Positions 54,999 to 64,000 of a stretch of 64,000 nucleotides of DNA are shown one piece after another. Source of the stretch: Lishizhenia tianjinensis (GTDB lineage Bacteria > Bacteroidota > Bacteroidia > Flavobacteriales_D > Crocinitomicaceae); the NCBI GenBank assembly GCA_943330745.2, contig CALQIX020000002.1, positions 26,909 to 90,908 of the forward strand, in the 5' to 3' direction. The notes beneath the pieces were generated by a model, which saw only the letters and a list, made by a program, of their open reading frames with translations, was not told where the DNA came from and searched no databases. Made by a program: the position numbers and the translations under genes. Position 1 is the first letter of the stretch, and the number at the start of each line of letters is the position of its first letter.

Positions 54999-56407
54999 TA
55001 AAAACGGAAATATAAAAATGGATTGTAGGTGCTACCCACCAAAAACGAAGTGCAAATTAACAACACACCAATGTGAAGGATGATTTTTCCCGAAAGGAGA
55101 ACAGGATGTGTTGATAGGGAGGTTAATTTTTGATTCACAAACCCGAACTCATTCCACGGAATGCAAAACATAATGACCAAGCCAAACCAGAAGATGTTTT
55201 GTTTTAAATCAAAGGAAAAAGACACGGACTCATTGGGTCCAAAATTCACTAATGCCATACAGAATTCACCAAATTTGGAAAGATCTTCAAAATAGAACAA
55301 AGACCATCCAAAGACCACTAAAATTAAAGTTATTGTATAACGAAATATAGATGGTACCATATCATATAATTTTAACAAAAATGCTTTTTCCGCAAACATC
55401 AACAAGGCAAAATACAATCCCCACAACATGTAATTCCAGCTGGCTCCATGCCACATTCCCGTAAGTGTCCAAACAATTAATATATTTAAATACATTCTGC
55501 CAGCTCCTTTTTTGTTTCCTCCTAATGGGATATATACATAGTCGCGGAAAAACGTTGACAAAGAGATATGCCACCTGCGCCAAAAATCGGTTATTGAATT
55601 GGCTGCATATGGGTTTTTGAAGTTTTCATCGTAGTGAAACCCGAACATGCGTCCCAGCCCAATTGCCATGTCGGAATAGCCAGAAAAATCAAAATAAATT
55701 TGAACGGCGAACAGTGTTATACCAAACCAAGCGGTTACACTTGTCAACGAATCAAATTGATTAATTAAATAACTATCTACCAGGGCCCCAGCGGCATTGG
55801 CAATCACAATTTTTTTGAAAAGTCCCAAGCTGAAACGCCCAATGCCAGAAGAAAAATCGTCCCAATGAAATTTCCGACCATTTATTTCATCAGCAATGGT
55901 TTTGTAGCGTACGATTGGCCCGGCCACCAACTGGTGATACAAGCTCACAAAAAGTAAAAAGTTCATCGGGTTTCGTTGTGCTTTGACGTCGCCCCTGTAC
56001 ACATCCACCGTATAGGAAATAGTTTGAAAGGTGTAGAATGAAATGCCAATAGGTAGTGTTACCGTTGGGCGATCAAACGGAAGGCTAATAATGGCAGCTA
56101 TATTATCATAAATGAAGCCGCTATACTTGAAGGCGATCAATAAACCCAAATTCACTGCAATGGAAAAAACGACTACCCATTTCGCCTTTGCTTTGTTGTT
56201 TAATCGCTCAATCCAAATCCCGTTTCCATAATCGAAAAGGGCAGAAAATAAGAGCAAAACAATCCAAATAGGTTCACCCCAAGCATAAAAGAAGAAGGAA
56301 AATAAGGTTAAGAGGATGTTTCTGTACATCAAATTCCCTGATACATAATACAATATCAGATTAATCGGTAGAAAGAAATATAAAAAAACGAGACTAGAAA
56401 AAACCAT
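54998..56407 (-). CDS. MBOAT-family membrane O-acyltransferase (AlgI/DltB-like)
   Basis: Polytopic, with the signature FWRRWHISLSTFFRDYVYIPLGGN. Confidence 0.9.
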   Translation of the reverse strand: MVFSSLVFLYFFLPINLILYYVSGNLMYRNILLTLFSFFFYAWGEPIWIVLLLFSALFDYGNGIWIERLNNKAKAKWVVVFSIAVNLGLLIAFKYSGFIYDNIAAIISLPFDRPTVTLPIGISFYTFQTISYTVDVYRGDVKAQRNPMNFLLFVSLYHQLVAGPIVRYKTIADEINGRKFHWDDFSSGIGRFSLGLFKKIVIANAAGALVDSYLINQFDSLTSVTAWFGITLFAVQIYFDFSGYSDMAIGLGRMFGFHYDENFKNPYAANSITDFWRRWHISLSTFFRDYVYIPLGGNKKGAGRMYLNILIVWTLTGMWHGASWNYMLWGLYFALLMFAEKAFLLKLYDMVPSIFRYTITLILVVFGWSLFYFEDLSKFGEFCMALVNFGPNESVSFSFDLKQNIFWFGLVIMFCIPWNEFGFVNQKLTSLSTHPVLLSGKIILHIGVLLICTSFLVGSTYNPFLYFRF

Positions 56408-56440
56408 TTTTGCTTCACCCTTTTTGGTGGAGCGTTGTCT

Positions 56441-57637
56441 TTAGTTGTTTCGAATTGCTTTGATACCCGGAAGTTCAATACCTTCTAAATATTCAAGCAT
56501 TGCACCACCTCCTGTTGAAACATATGAAACTTGATCAGCAAGACCAAATTTATTAATTGCAGCAACTGAATCTCCTCCGCCAACTAGTGAAAACGCACCT
56601 TGTTCGGTGGCCTTTACGATATCGTGTGCAATTTGTTTCGTTCCCTGTTGAAAATTTTCAAACTCAAAAACACCCATTGGTCCATTCCATAAAATCAGTT
56701 TGGAAGATTGTATGACTTCTTGAAAAAGAATGGCGGATGCGGCACCTGTGTCTAATCCCATCCATCCATCCGGGATTTCATTGATTTTCACTTCTTTTAT
56801 TGTTGTTTCATTGGAAAATGAATCGGCTATTAAGGTATCTGTTGGTAAAATAATTTGAACATTTCTTGCTTTGGCCTTTTCCAAAATACTCAATGCCATG
56901 GCCAAATAATCATCCTCTACGAGCGATGAACCTACTTTTCCTCCCTGTGCCTTGATGAAGGTATACGCCATTCCTCCGCCTATAATGATGTTATCCATTT
57001 TATGGATCAAATTTTCAATAATCGTAATTTTAGATGAAACTTTTGCGCCGCCAACAATGGCCGTTTTCGGTTTTTCAGTGCTATTCAATACTTTATCAAC
57101 ACTTACAATTTCTGCTTCTAAAAGTAAACCAAACATCTTGTCTGTTGGAAAATAATTAGCAATCACCGTGGTACTTGCATGTGCACGATGTGCCGTTCCA
57201 AAAGCATCATTGATGTAACAATCTCCGAGGGAAGCTAGTTTTTTAGCAAATTCCGCATCACCGGATGTTTCTTCCGAATAAAAGCGCACATTCTCAAGAA
57301 GTAAAATTTGACCTGGTTTTAATTCTGTGCTCATTTTTTGAGCTTCTTCACTGATGCAATCAGAACAAAAAAGTACAGGAGCCTGACAAAGTTCTTCAAT
57401 ACTTTTAAGAATGTGTCGCAATGAGAAGGCATCTTCAGGCCCATTTTTTGGTCTTCCTAAATGCGATAATAAAATAACAGACCCACCCGCTGAAAGTACT
57501 TTTTGTATAGTTGGAACAGCCGCTTTTATTCTTGTTGAATCTGTTACTTCAAAAGTTGTTTTATCCAATGGAACATTGAAATCAACTCGAATAAGTGCTT
57601 TTTTATTAGCGAAAGAATAGGTGTGGATAGATTGCAT
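56441..57637 (-). CDS. pgk: phosphoglycerate kinase
   Basis: [21 protein letters not shown]-like and GGGDS motifs. The ATG at 57637 gives 398 aa. The track's TTG at 57655 lies inside the predicted -7 box. Confidence 0.95.
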   Translation of the reverse strand: MQSIHTYSFANKKALIRVDFNVPLDKTTFEVTDSTRIKAAVPTIQKVLSAGGSVILLSHLGRPKNGPEDAFSLRHILKSIEELCQAPVLFCSDCISEEAQKMSTELKPGQILLLENVRFYSEETSGDAEFAKKLASLGDCYINDAFGTAHRAHASTTVIANYFPTDKMFGLLLEAEIVSVDKVLNSTEKPKTAIVGGAKVSSKITIIENLIHKMDNIIIGGGMAYTFIKAQGGKVGSSLVEDDYLAMALSILEKAKARNVQIILPTDTLIADSFSNETTIKEVKINEIPDGWMGLDTGAASAILFQEVIQSSKLILWNGPMGVFEFENFQQGTKQIAHDIVKATEQGAFSLVGGGDSVAAINKFGLADQVSYVSTGGGAMLEYLEGIELPGIKAIRNN

Positions 57638-57652
57638 AAATGGTATTTTCTG

Positions 57653-57660
57653 CAAAAATA
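57653..57660 (-). promoter_or_regulatory. candidate -7 box for pgk
   Basis: Plus strand caaaaata equals minus-strand tatttttg, 16 nt upstream of the ATG at 57637. Confidence 0.45.
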
Positions 57661-57738
57661 GCTAAATTCATTCATCCATTTGTTGTGTTTTACATGCAAA
57701 AAAGCATGAAATTATGTCCGTTTTTGTTTGTGATTCCT

Positions 57739-57746
57739 TAAATTTG
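57739..57746 (+). promoter_or_regulatory. candidate -7 box for the YebC-family gene
   Basis: taaatttg lies 16 nt upstream of the ATG at 57762. Confidence 0.45.
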
Positions 57747-57761
57747 GGACAAAATTGAAGA

Positions 57762-58472
57762 ATGGGAAGAGCATTTGAATACAGAAGAGCAGCAAAAGAG
57801 AAACGTTGGGATAAAATGTCTAAAATGTTTCCGAAATTAGGAAAGGCGATCACCATGGCTGCTAAGGAAAGCGGAATGGATCCAAGCACTAACGCGAAAT
57901 TGCGTACAGCGATTCAAAACGCCAAGGCAGAAAACATGCCGAAGGACAATATTGAATCAGCGATTAAGCGTGCTGCACAAAAAGACGTTGCATCATTTAC
58001 TGAAGTAAATTATGAAGGCAAGGGTCCGCATGGCGTGTTAATTTTTGTTGAATGTGCTACAGATAATCCAACTCGAACGGTTGCCAATGTAAAATCCTAT
58101 TTCAACAAAAGCGGTGGTGGATTGGTGCCAACAGGATCGTTGGAATTTATGTTTGAACGAAAAAGCGTTTTCGAAATCAATAAATCAGATGAGATTGACG
58201 CCGAAATGTTAGAGCTTGAGTTAATTGATGCGGGGTGTGAAGAAATTGAAGTAACGGAAGACCAAGTGGAGGTTTGGGGTGATTATACCGCCTTTGGAAC
58301 TTTGGCTAAAGCGCTTGAAGACAAACAAATTGAAGTGAAAAAATCAAGTCTGAAACGCGTTCCAACCTCACCGGTAGAATTTTCGGAAGAACAGTTAGTA
58401 GACATTGAAAAGGTATTGGATAAAATCGAAGACGATGATGACATCCAACAGGTATTTACAAACATTGCTTAA
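57762..58472 (+). CDS. YebC/PmpR-family DNA-binding transcriptional regulator
   Basis: [21 protein letters not shown]... is the family-typical N-terminus. 236 aa. Confidence 0.92.
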   Translation: MGRAFEYRRAAKEKRWDKMSKMFPKLGKAITMAAKESGMDPSTNAKLRTAIQNAKAENMPKDNIESAIKRAAQKDVASFTEVNYEGKGPHGVLIFVECATDNPTRTVANVKSYFNKSGGGLVPTGSLEFMFERKSVFEINKSDEIDAEMLELELIDAGCEEIEVTEDQVEVWGDYTAFGTLAKALEDKQIEVKKSSLKRVPTSPVEFSEEQLVDIEKVLDKIEDDDDIQQVFTNIA

Positions 58473-58537
58473 TTTTTTATTCAAGCAATAAATGAGTAGT
58501 TTAGTCGTTTAATGTTAGATTATACCTTGTTACTTTC

Positions 58538-61189
58538 ATGAAGTTTTTTCGTTGGACAATCATTTTTTTATTTATTATTGGCTTGGCAAGTTCTTGCTCT
58601 ACGGAAAAAAACACCCTAATTAATCGTAAATATCATTCTGTTACTGCTAAATACAATGGGTATTTTAATGCAAATGAATTAATTAATTTATCAATTCGAA
58701 GCTATAAAGCATCTTATAAAGAAGATTTTTACGTTCAACTGCCAATAGAACGGCTGCCAAGTGAAAAAGAAGTGGAGGGGATTTTACCAGCAATTGATAC
58801 GGCTATATCCAAATGCACCAAAGTAATTCAAAATCATAGTATGCCTTCCATTAAAGGAGCCTACAAAAAAGTGGAGTATAATACCTACATTGATGAGAAT
58901 TTCTTAACGGTTGGTCAAGCCAATTTCTACAAAAGAAATTTTGAAAGTGCTGCAAGAAATTTTGAATTTGTCTCGCGTTTATTTGCGGCAGATAAATCAA
59001 ACTTTATCGCAAAGTTGTGGCAAGCTAGGATTGATATTGAATTGGGAAATTTTTCTGAGGCATTGATTGCATTAGAGTCTTTAGATGACGTTGTAGAGGA
59101 ACAATATGGAGAAGACGCGAAGGAAAATAAGCAAAAAGCAAAGTCTAAGTCCAAATCAAGCAAGAAAAAATCGAAATCTAAAAAAGTGAAGGAAAAGGCG
59201 CCCGCCAAATTCCCTAAGTATTTACGCGATGACTTGGAACGGGTGAAAGCAGAATTTTACAACAAGAAAAAAGAAACCAAATTAGCAATAGCGGCACTTG
59301 AAAAAGCAGTTGTTCTTGCTCCAAAGAAAGAAAAAGCACGATTGCATTTTATCTTAGGTCAGTTACATGCACTAAACAAAGCGCCATCCAAATCAAATGA
59401 AAGTTATTCCAAGTGCTTGCAATACCCTGCGCCATACGTCATGCATTTTAACGCAAAAATGAACAAAGCACTTTCCGGAAAAGATAAGGGTATTAAAACT
59501 CAATTAGTGCGCATGCTCAAAGAGGCTAAAAACACTGAGTATCGCGACCAGATATATTACGCGCTGGCAGCGATTGAATTGCAGGAAAGCCACAAAAAGC
59601 AGGCAACAGTTTATTTAACTCAATCTGCTCAAGCCACAACGACCAACAAGCGTCAAAAGGCAATGTCATATGAAAAGTTGGGAGATTTATCTTTTGATAA
59701 AAGTGACTATGTGGCTGCGCAAAAATATTATGACTCTTGTGCGACCGTTATGCCCGAAAATTATCCAAACGGAGAAGAAATAAAAAATAAAGCAGCGAAG
59801 TTGAAGTCTTTAGTTCAAGCGGTTGAAACCGCAACATTTGAAGACAGTGTGCAACGAATAGCGCTTTTATCTGAATCTGATCGTAAAGAGTATTTGGAGG
59901 ATGTATTGGATCAAATGAAAAAGGACCTTGCACGTAAAAAAAGAGTAGAGGCACAAAAAATGCAAGAAATGCAAGAGGCCTTGAACAAACAAAATGAGGC
60001 AAGTGGCAAAAAAGGATATTGGAACAATAACAAAACCCTTCAAGAGGGCTTAGCAGAATTTAAAAAGAATTGGGGGGATCGAGAAAATAAAGATGACTGG
60101 AGGAGAAGTGAAAAATTGCCCGCGAATTTTGGTGCAAATGAAAATGATAGTATTGCTTCCAGCGATGTAAAAAAAGAAGAAGAAGATTCCTTAACGATTG
60201 AATCACTTGCCGCAAATCTTCCTTTAACGGAAGAGGCAATGAAAAAATCAATTGATAAATTACTCAATGCCTGGTTTGATGCAGCTGTGATTTATAAAGA
60301 TCAGCTGAATGAGGAGGAAATAGCAATAACCTATTTCAAAAAGATACTAGATAAAAAGTACGTTAACGAAATTGATTTAAGCGCAGCATTTCAGCTATAT
60401 CGAATCAATGATGGAAAATCAATGGCTGAAACCTACAAGGCCCATATACTGAAAAATTATCCAACATCAGATTATGCTTCTTACTTAAAAGATCCTGAAT
60501 TTTTCTTAAAGTTAAAAAATCAGGCAGTGCAAGAAGAAAAGAAATACTTGGATATATTCGAAAAGTACCAAAAGAAGCAATTTTCAACGGTTATCTCTGC
60601 CATTGATGATTTTTTAAAAACTGCGGTTAAGACCGATTTGAATGCTAAATTTAAGTTGTTACGCGTAAATGCTTTGGCAAATATTACGATTGACAAAAAA
60701 ACGCTCATTCCGGATTTGACTGAAATCACCAAAGAGTTCCCTGGAAGTGACGAAGAGAAACGGGCCAATGAGATGATCCGAATTATTCAAACTGGGTTTT
60801 CTAAAAATGATTCACTCCCAATTAAAAAAGAAAGTCCGTATATTTATTCGGATGATGCGATACATTATGCTATTGTTGTTACAGAAAAAGCGGTCAACGT
60901 AACGGATGTTCAGAATAAGGTAAACACACTGAACGCAGAAAAATTTGTTAATTTGAAACTTAAATCTTCAACTCTCGTATTGAACGAAGGTAAAAGTTTA
61001 GTATTATTAAAAGAATTTAAATCACTAAAAAAGGGAAAAGAGTATATTTCTACATTCAAATCTAGTAAAAGAGAGCTGGGAAAATTCAATGAGTTAAAAA
61101 TTGTATTGATTAGTGCAGAGAACTTGAAAAAATTACTGGAGTTAAAAAATATAGAAGAATATGAATTGTTTCACGACGAAAATTATTAA
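58538..61189 (+). CDS. TPR-repeat lipoprotein, probably the T9SS component PorW/SprE
   Basis: Lipobox (LASSCS), then TEKNTLINRKYHSVTAKYNGYFNA, as I recall for SprE/PorW N-termini. About 880 aa, TPR-like helices and a Lys-rich insert. Not verified by search. Confidence 0.5.
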   Translation: MKFFRWTIIFLFIIGLASSCSTEKNTLINRKYHSVTAKYNGYFNANELINLSIRSYKASYKEDFYVQLPIERLPSEKEVEGILPAIDTAISKCTKVIQNHSMPSIKGAYKKVEYNTYIDENFLTVGQANFYKRNFESAARNFEFVSRLFAADKSNFIAKLWQARIDIELGNFSEALIALESLDDVVEEQYGEDAKENKQKAKSKSKSSKKKSKSKKVKEKAPAKFPKYLRDDLERVKAEFYNKKKETKLAIAALEKAVVLAPKKEKARLHFILGQLHALNKAPSKSNESYSKCLQYPAPYVMHFNAKMNKALSGKDKGIKTQLVRMLKEAKNTEYRDQIYYALAAIELQESHKKQATVYLTQSAQATTTNKRQKAMSYEKLGDLSFDKSDYVAAQKYYDSCATVMPENYPNGEEIKNKAAKLKSLVQAVETATFEDSVQRIALLSESDRKEYLEDVLDQMKKDLARKKRVEAQKMQEMQEALNKQNEASGKKGYWNNNKTLQEGLAEFKKNWGDRENKDDWRRSEKLPANFGANENDSIASSDVKKEEEDSLTIESLAANLPLTEEAMKKSIDKLLNAWFDAAVIYKDQLNEEEIAITYFKKILDKKYVNEIDLSAAFQLYRINDGKSMAETYKAHILKNYPTSDYASYLKDPEFFLKLKNQAVQEEKKYLDIFEKYQKKQFSTVISAIDDFLKTAVKTDLNAKFKLLRVNALANITIDKKTLIPDLTEITKEFPGSDEEKRANEMIRIIQTGFSKNDSLPIKKESPYIYSDDAIHYAIVVTEKAVNVTDVQNKVNTLNAEKFVNLKLKSSTLVLNEGKSLVLLKEFKSLKKGKEYISTFKSSKRELGKFNELKIVLISAENLKKLLELKNIEEYELFHDENY

Positions 61190-61192
61190 ATC

Positions 61193-61609
61193 ATGATAAA
61201 AAGAGATTTTTTTGGTTCTGAAAACAACGGAGGTTTCAATAAGATTATTGAAGGCACCGAAATCACAGGCGACATCGTTTCTGATTCAAACATTATCATT
61301 GAAGGTGATGTAATTGGCAATGTTTCTTGTTCTGGAAAAGTAATTATTGGTAATACCGGTAAGATTTCAGGCAATTTGGTTTGTATTGATGCTGATATCG
61401 AAGGAACGTTAGAGGGTGAGTTAACAATCGAGAACTTATTAGTACTTCGTACAACCGCACGAATAACGGGTGATATTGAAACAGTTCGTTTGGCAATTGA
61501 AGAAGGAGGATTCTTTGAAGGTGCTTGTATCATGAAAAAACCTGGCGAAACTAGTTCTAGATTGCTTCGCGATAATGCTGAAAAAACAGCGTTAGAAGAC
61601 GAGGATTAA
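61193..61609 (+). CDS. bactofilin-family polymer-forming cytoskeletal protein
   Basis: 138 aa of repeated beta-helix windings (IEGTEITGDIVSDSNIIIEGDVIGNVSCSGKVIIGNTGKISGNL...). Confidence 0.8.
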   Translation: MIKRDFFGSENNGGFNKIIEGTEITGDIVSDSNIIIEGDVIGNVSCSGKVIIGNTGKISGNLVCIDADIEGTLEGELTIENLLVLRTTARITGDIETVRLAIEEGGFFEGACIMKKPGETSSRLLRDNAEKTALEDED

Positions 61610-62067
61610 TCCAGGTTTTCTAAAATCATAGGGAGTTCATACCCACAAGACGCCAAATATCTAATGAGTTTGGCTTTTTGTTTTTGCTTGTCTTTTTCAA
61701 TAAATAGCTCATTCATTTTTCGTTTCATCAAGTAATTCATGTTTTCAATGAAAGTTGAAGAGTCTATTTTTTTAAGCGCACGCTCAATAGAAAGGGGCGG
61801 AAGTGATTTTGCTTTTAAACCGGCTTTTATTTTTTGTATACCCCAACGCTTAATTTTAACATGATCGTTAGTAAAAGCCTCGCAATATCTATCATGGTCA
61901 ATAAATCCTTTTTCAATTAAAACGAGAATAATTTTTTCGCTTTCTGAATTAGGAACACCTAAATCGCGCAATTTTTTGCGGACATCAAACGAACATTTTT
62001 CTTGAAAAGCACAATACCGTTCAACTTTTTTATATTCTTCTTTAAATTCAGCGGGAATAGTAGGCAT
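61606..62067 (-). CDS. recX: RecX-family regulatory protein
   Basis: 153 aa of three-helix repeats (CSFDVRKKLRDLGV, KAKLIRYLASCGYE). Confidence 0.7.
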   Translation of the reverse strand: MPTIPAEFKEEYKKVERYCAFQEKCSFDVRKKLRDLGVPNSESEKIILVLIEKGFIDHDRYCEAFTNDHVKIKRWGIQKIKAGLKAKSLPPLSIERALKKIDSSTFIENMNYLMKRKMNELFIEKDKQKQKAKLIRYLASCGYELPMILENLD

Positions 62068-63614
62068 TAAAGCTCTATTTCAATGTTGTCTTTAGATTTG
62101 AAGCGATATTCCAATAACTGATTGTCCGTTCGACTCCGAACTGGAATCCATTGTTTGTATTTGAAATACCATTTCCATTGACGTGAAATAAGTCCTTTGG
62201 TAAAATAGGCTTGTAAATAGGGGTGAACCTCCAACGAAACGCCTTTTTCTTTCTTGTCAAGCACGAGATAATTGAGATTTAGTTCAATTTCTTCAGCAAA
62301 TAAAATACTTGCTTGAATCTCACCTGTACCGTTACATGTCGGACATTTTTCAGATGTTTGAATATTTGTTTCTGGTTTTACTCGTTGTCGCGTGATCTCA
62401 ATAACGCCAAATTTTGAAGGGGGTAAAATGTTGTGTTTTGCACGATCAGATTTCATGAATTCTTTCATTTTTTCAAAAAGAATTCGGTTGTTTTCTTTGT
62501 CGTGCATATCGATGAAGTCGATACAAATAATTCCGCCCATATCACGCAATTGAAGCAAACGAGCGATCTCTTCGGCAGCTTCAGTATTGGTGGATAGCGC
62601 ATTGGACTCTTGTCCATCAGCACCTTTTCTATTTCCACTATTCACGTCTATTACGTGCATAGCCTCCGTGTGTTCAATAATTAAATAACCTCCGCTATTC
62701 AAAGGAACTTTTTTACCAAACAATGTTTTAATCTGTTTATTAATCCCGAACTTTTCAAACAAACTAATTCGATTGTCGTGTTGTTTAAGGATTTTTTCCT
62801 TGCCAGGAGCAATATCAGAAATATATTCCTTCATTTCGTCTAACATCACTTGATCATTCAAATGGATGTGCGTAAAGTCACCATTCAACAAATCCCTTAA
62901 AATTGAATTTGTCTTATTTAATTCACCCAAAACACGAAAAGGAGGAGTAGCCTTTTTCAAATTCTGATGCATTTCTTTCCATTTGTCTAATAGACTAAAC
63001 AAATCCTGTTCTAAATCAGCTGTTTTTTTCTCCTCAGCAACTGTTCTTATTATTACTCCAAAGTTTTTGGGCTTAATACGGTTCATTAAATCACGTAAAC
63101 GATCCCGTTCAGATTGCTCTTTAATTTTCTGAGAAATGGAAATTTTTTCGGAAAACGGAACAAGAACCAAATACCTTCCTGCCAATGTAATCTCAGAACA
63201 AAGTCGTGGACCTTTGGAAGAAATAGGTTCTTTGGCTACTTGAACTAGTATTGGTTGAGAAGATGATAATATTTCGTCTATTTTACCTTCTTTCTCAATG
63301 TCTTTTTCCTGCTTGAAATATTGTAAATCACCAACGTTTTGTTTTCCCTTTAGGGTTTCACGTGTAAACCTATTCAGGGAATTAAACTGTGCACCGAGGT
63401 CTAGGTAATGTAAAAAGGCATCTTTTTCATAACCCACATCAACAAACGCTGCATTTAAGCTTGGCACAAGCTTTCGCACTCGGCCCAAATAAATATCACC
63501 CACTGAAAAATCTGACTTACCTTGTTCTTCCTGAAGCTCTATAAGCTTTCCATCACGTAACAAAGCAATCCAGACACCACCAGATCGGGCCTCTACGACT
63601 AATTCGAGATTCAC
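62067..63614 (-). CDS. rng: ribonuclease G (Rne/Rng family)
   Basis: 515 aa with an S1 domain (GDIYLGRVRKLVPSLNAAFVDVG), the DNase-I-like/catalytic region (HVIDVNSG) and a Zn-link CPTCNGTG. Confidence 0.92.
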   Translation of the reverse strand: MNLELVVEARSGGVWIALLRDGKLIELQEEQGKSDFSVGDIYLGRVRKLVPSLNAAFVDVGYEKDAFLHYLDLGAQFNSLNRFTRETLKGKQNVGDLQYFKQEKDIEKEGKIDEILSSSQPILVQVAKEPISSKGPRLCSEITLAGRYLVLVPFSEKISISQKIKEQSERDRLRDLMNRIKPKNFGVIIRTVAEEKKTADLEQDLFSLLDKWKEMHQNLKKATPPFRVLGELNKTNSILRDLLNGDFTHIHLNDQVMLDEMKEYISDIAPGKEKILKQHDNRISLFEKFGINKQIKTLFGKKVPLNSGGYLIIEHTEAMHVIDVNSGNRKGADGQESNALSTNTEAAEEIARLLQLRDMGGIICIDFIDMHDKENNRILFEKMKEFMKSDRAKHNILPPSKFGVIEITRQRVKPETNIQTSEKCPTCNGTGEIQASILFAEEIELNLNYLVLDKKEKGVSLEVHPYLQAYFTKGLISRQWKWYFKYKQWIPVRSRTDNQLLEYRFKSKDNIEIEL

Positions 63615-63674
63615 TTAATGAAATTCTAAGTTAAAACTAAGAACCCACAAACCTTATGTGGGTTGAAAGAAATA

Positions 63675-63767
63675 TTATTTCTTTTTCTTGTGACGGTTTT
63701 TACGAAGTCTTTTTTTACGCTTGTGCGTAGCCATTTTGTGTCTTTTTCTTTTTTTTCCGCTTGGCAT
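63675..63767 (-). CDS. 30-aa Arg/Lys-rich peptide (bS22 / AURKAIP1-COX24-like small ribosomal-type protein); absent from the supplied ORF track
   Basis: Hand translation of the minus strand gives MPSGKKRKRHKMATHKRKKRLRKNRHKKKK*. It is co-directional with, and 60 nt upstream of, rng. Confidence 0.6.
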   Translation of the reverse strand: MPSGKKRKRHKMATHKRKKRLRKNRHKKKK

Positions 63768-63896
63768 ATCTTATACTTAAAGTGTTATAATTCAGTGTTT
63801 TACAAAAACGAGGTAAATTTCCTATGTTTTTGGGAATGCAAAGATAGAATAAAAAACGAAAAAACCCAGAAATATCGTTTATAAACTCCTAAAAGA

Positions 63897-64000
63897 TTAA
63901 TATAACGATTCTTTTAATGAAGTTCGATAATCTTTAATTTCTTCTCGATTAACTTTGTGGTCAGCGTTTCGCAATAGATTTAGCAAGTATGAAAGGTTTT
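63897..64000 (-). CDS. 3' end of an unidentified minus-strand gene running off the right edge
   Basis: The open frame reads ...NLLRNADHKVNREEIKDYRTSLKESLY* with its stop at 63897-63899. Only 34 codons are visible. Confidence 0.3.
   Translation of the reverse strand, partial: NLSYLLNLLRNADHKVNREEIKDYRTSLKESLY

Noticed and set aside
58538-61609. PorW/SprE-like lipoprotein gene followed 3 nt later by a bactofilin gene, considered as a possible functional T9SS-cytoskeleton link.
   Set aside because: Adjacency alone is weak evidence, and my PorW assignment is unverified. I could not find any sequence feature beyond the short spacing.
63663-63884. 73-aa plus-strand ORF listed in the track.
   Set aside because: Its F/L/S-rich sequence is the complement of a poly-Lys/Arg coding stretch. 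The 30-codon minus-strand ORF is the more plausible gene.

Overview
AT-rich chromosomal segment. By eye it is from a Bacteroidota, probably Flavobacteriia-like, organism. The evidence is two proteins ending in type IX secretion (T9SS) C-terminal sorting domains, a PorW/SprE-like TPR lipoprotein, and recurrent TAnnTTTG -7 promoter boxes close to start codons. I support about 57 protein-coding genes, one pseudogene remnant and one 30-codon ORF that is missing from the supplied track. I saw no rRNA, tRNA, CRISPR array, transposase or integrase.

Most of the window is housekeeping or ordinary accessory metabolism:
- etfBA, a nucleoside permease, prs, L25/Ctc, a PiT transporter with its PhoU-like partner, folA-thyA
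- cyanophycin synthetase, pnuC with a NadR-like kinase, an S8 peptidase, deoC with two ALDH-like genes
- an MBOAT/DHHW pair, pgk, a YebC-family protein, bactofilin, recX and rng

The stretch that does not look like core genome is about 39.8-53.7 kb. It holds an AAA ATPase, an internally deleted YhcG-type nuclease remnant, several signal-peptide proteins of unknown function, a GIY-YIG protein directly upstream of a 1099-aa T9SS beta-propeller protein, and a MORN/DUF1566 secreted protein. It also holds two divergent paralogous XRE-HTH proteins and three families of short DNA repeats.

Within it, two tandem modules (44874-50053 and 50103-53664) have the same layout. Each has an identical 37-nt terminator-like left end, minus-strand secreted cargo, a divergent plus-strand HTH paralog, and a 46/47-identical right end. 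Their interiors are otherwise divergent. This is my best candidate for an undescribed cassette-like system.

Other items worth a second look:
- a tetR-ABC-HlyD-TolC operon whose ABC nucleotide-binding domain has lost all catalytic motifs
- a three-gene operon encoding an LRAT/NlpC-like protein, a fold-type-I PLP enzyme and a fold-type-III PLP decarboxylase
- an alkyltransferase-like (PAHRV) MGMT homolog
- a catalytic-domain-less ALDH paralog
- a YESQA tandem-repeat protein abutting pnuC

All family names come from motif recognition by eye. No database search was run.
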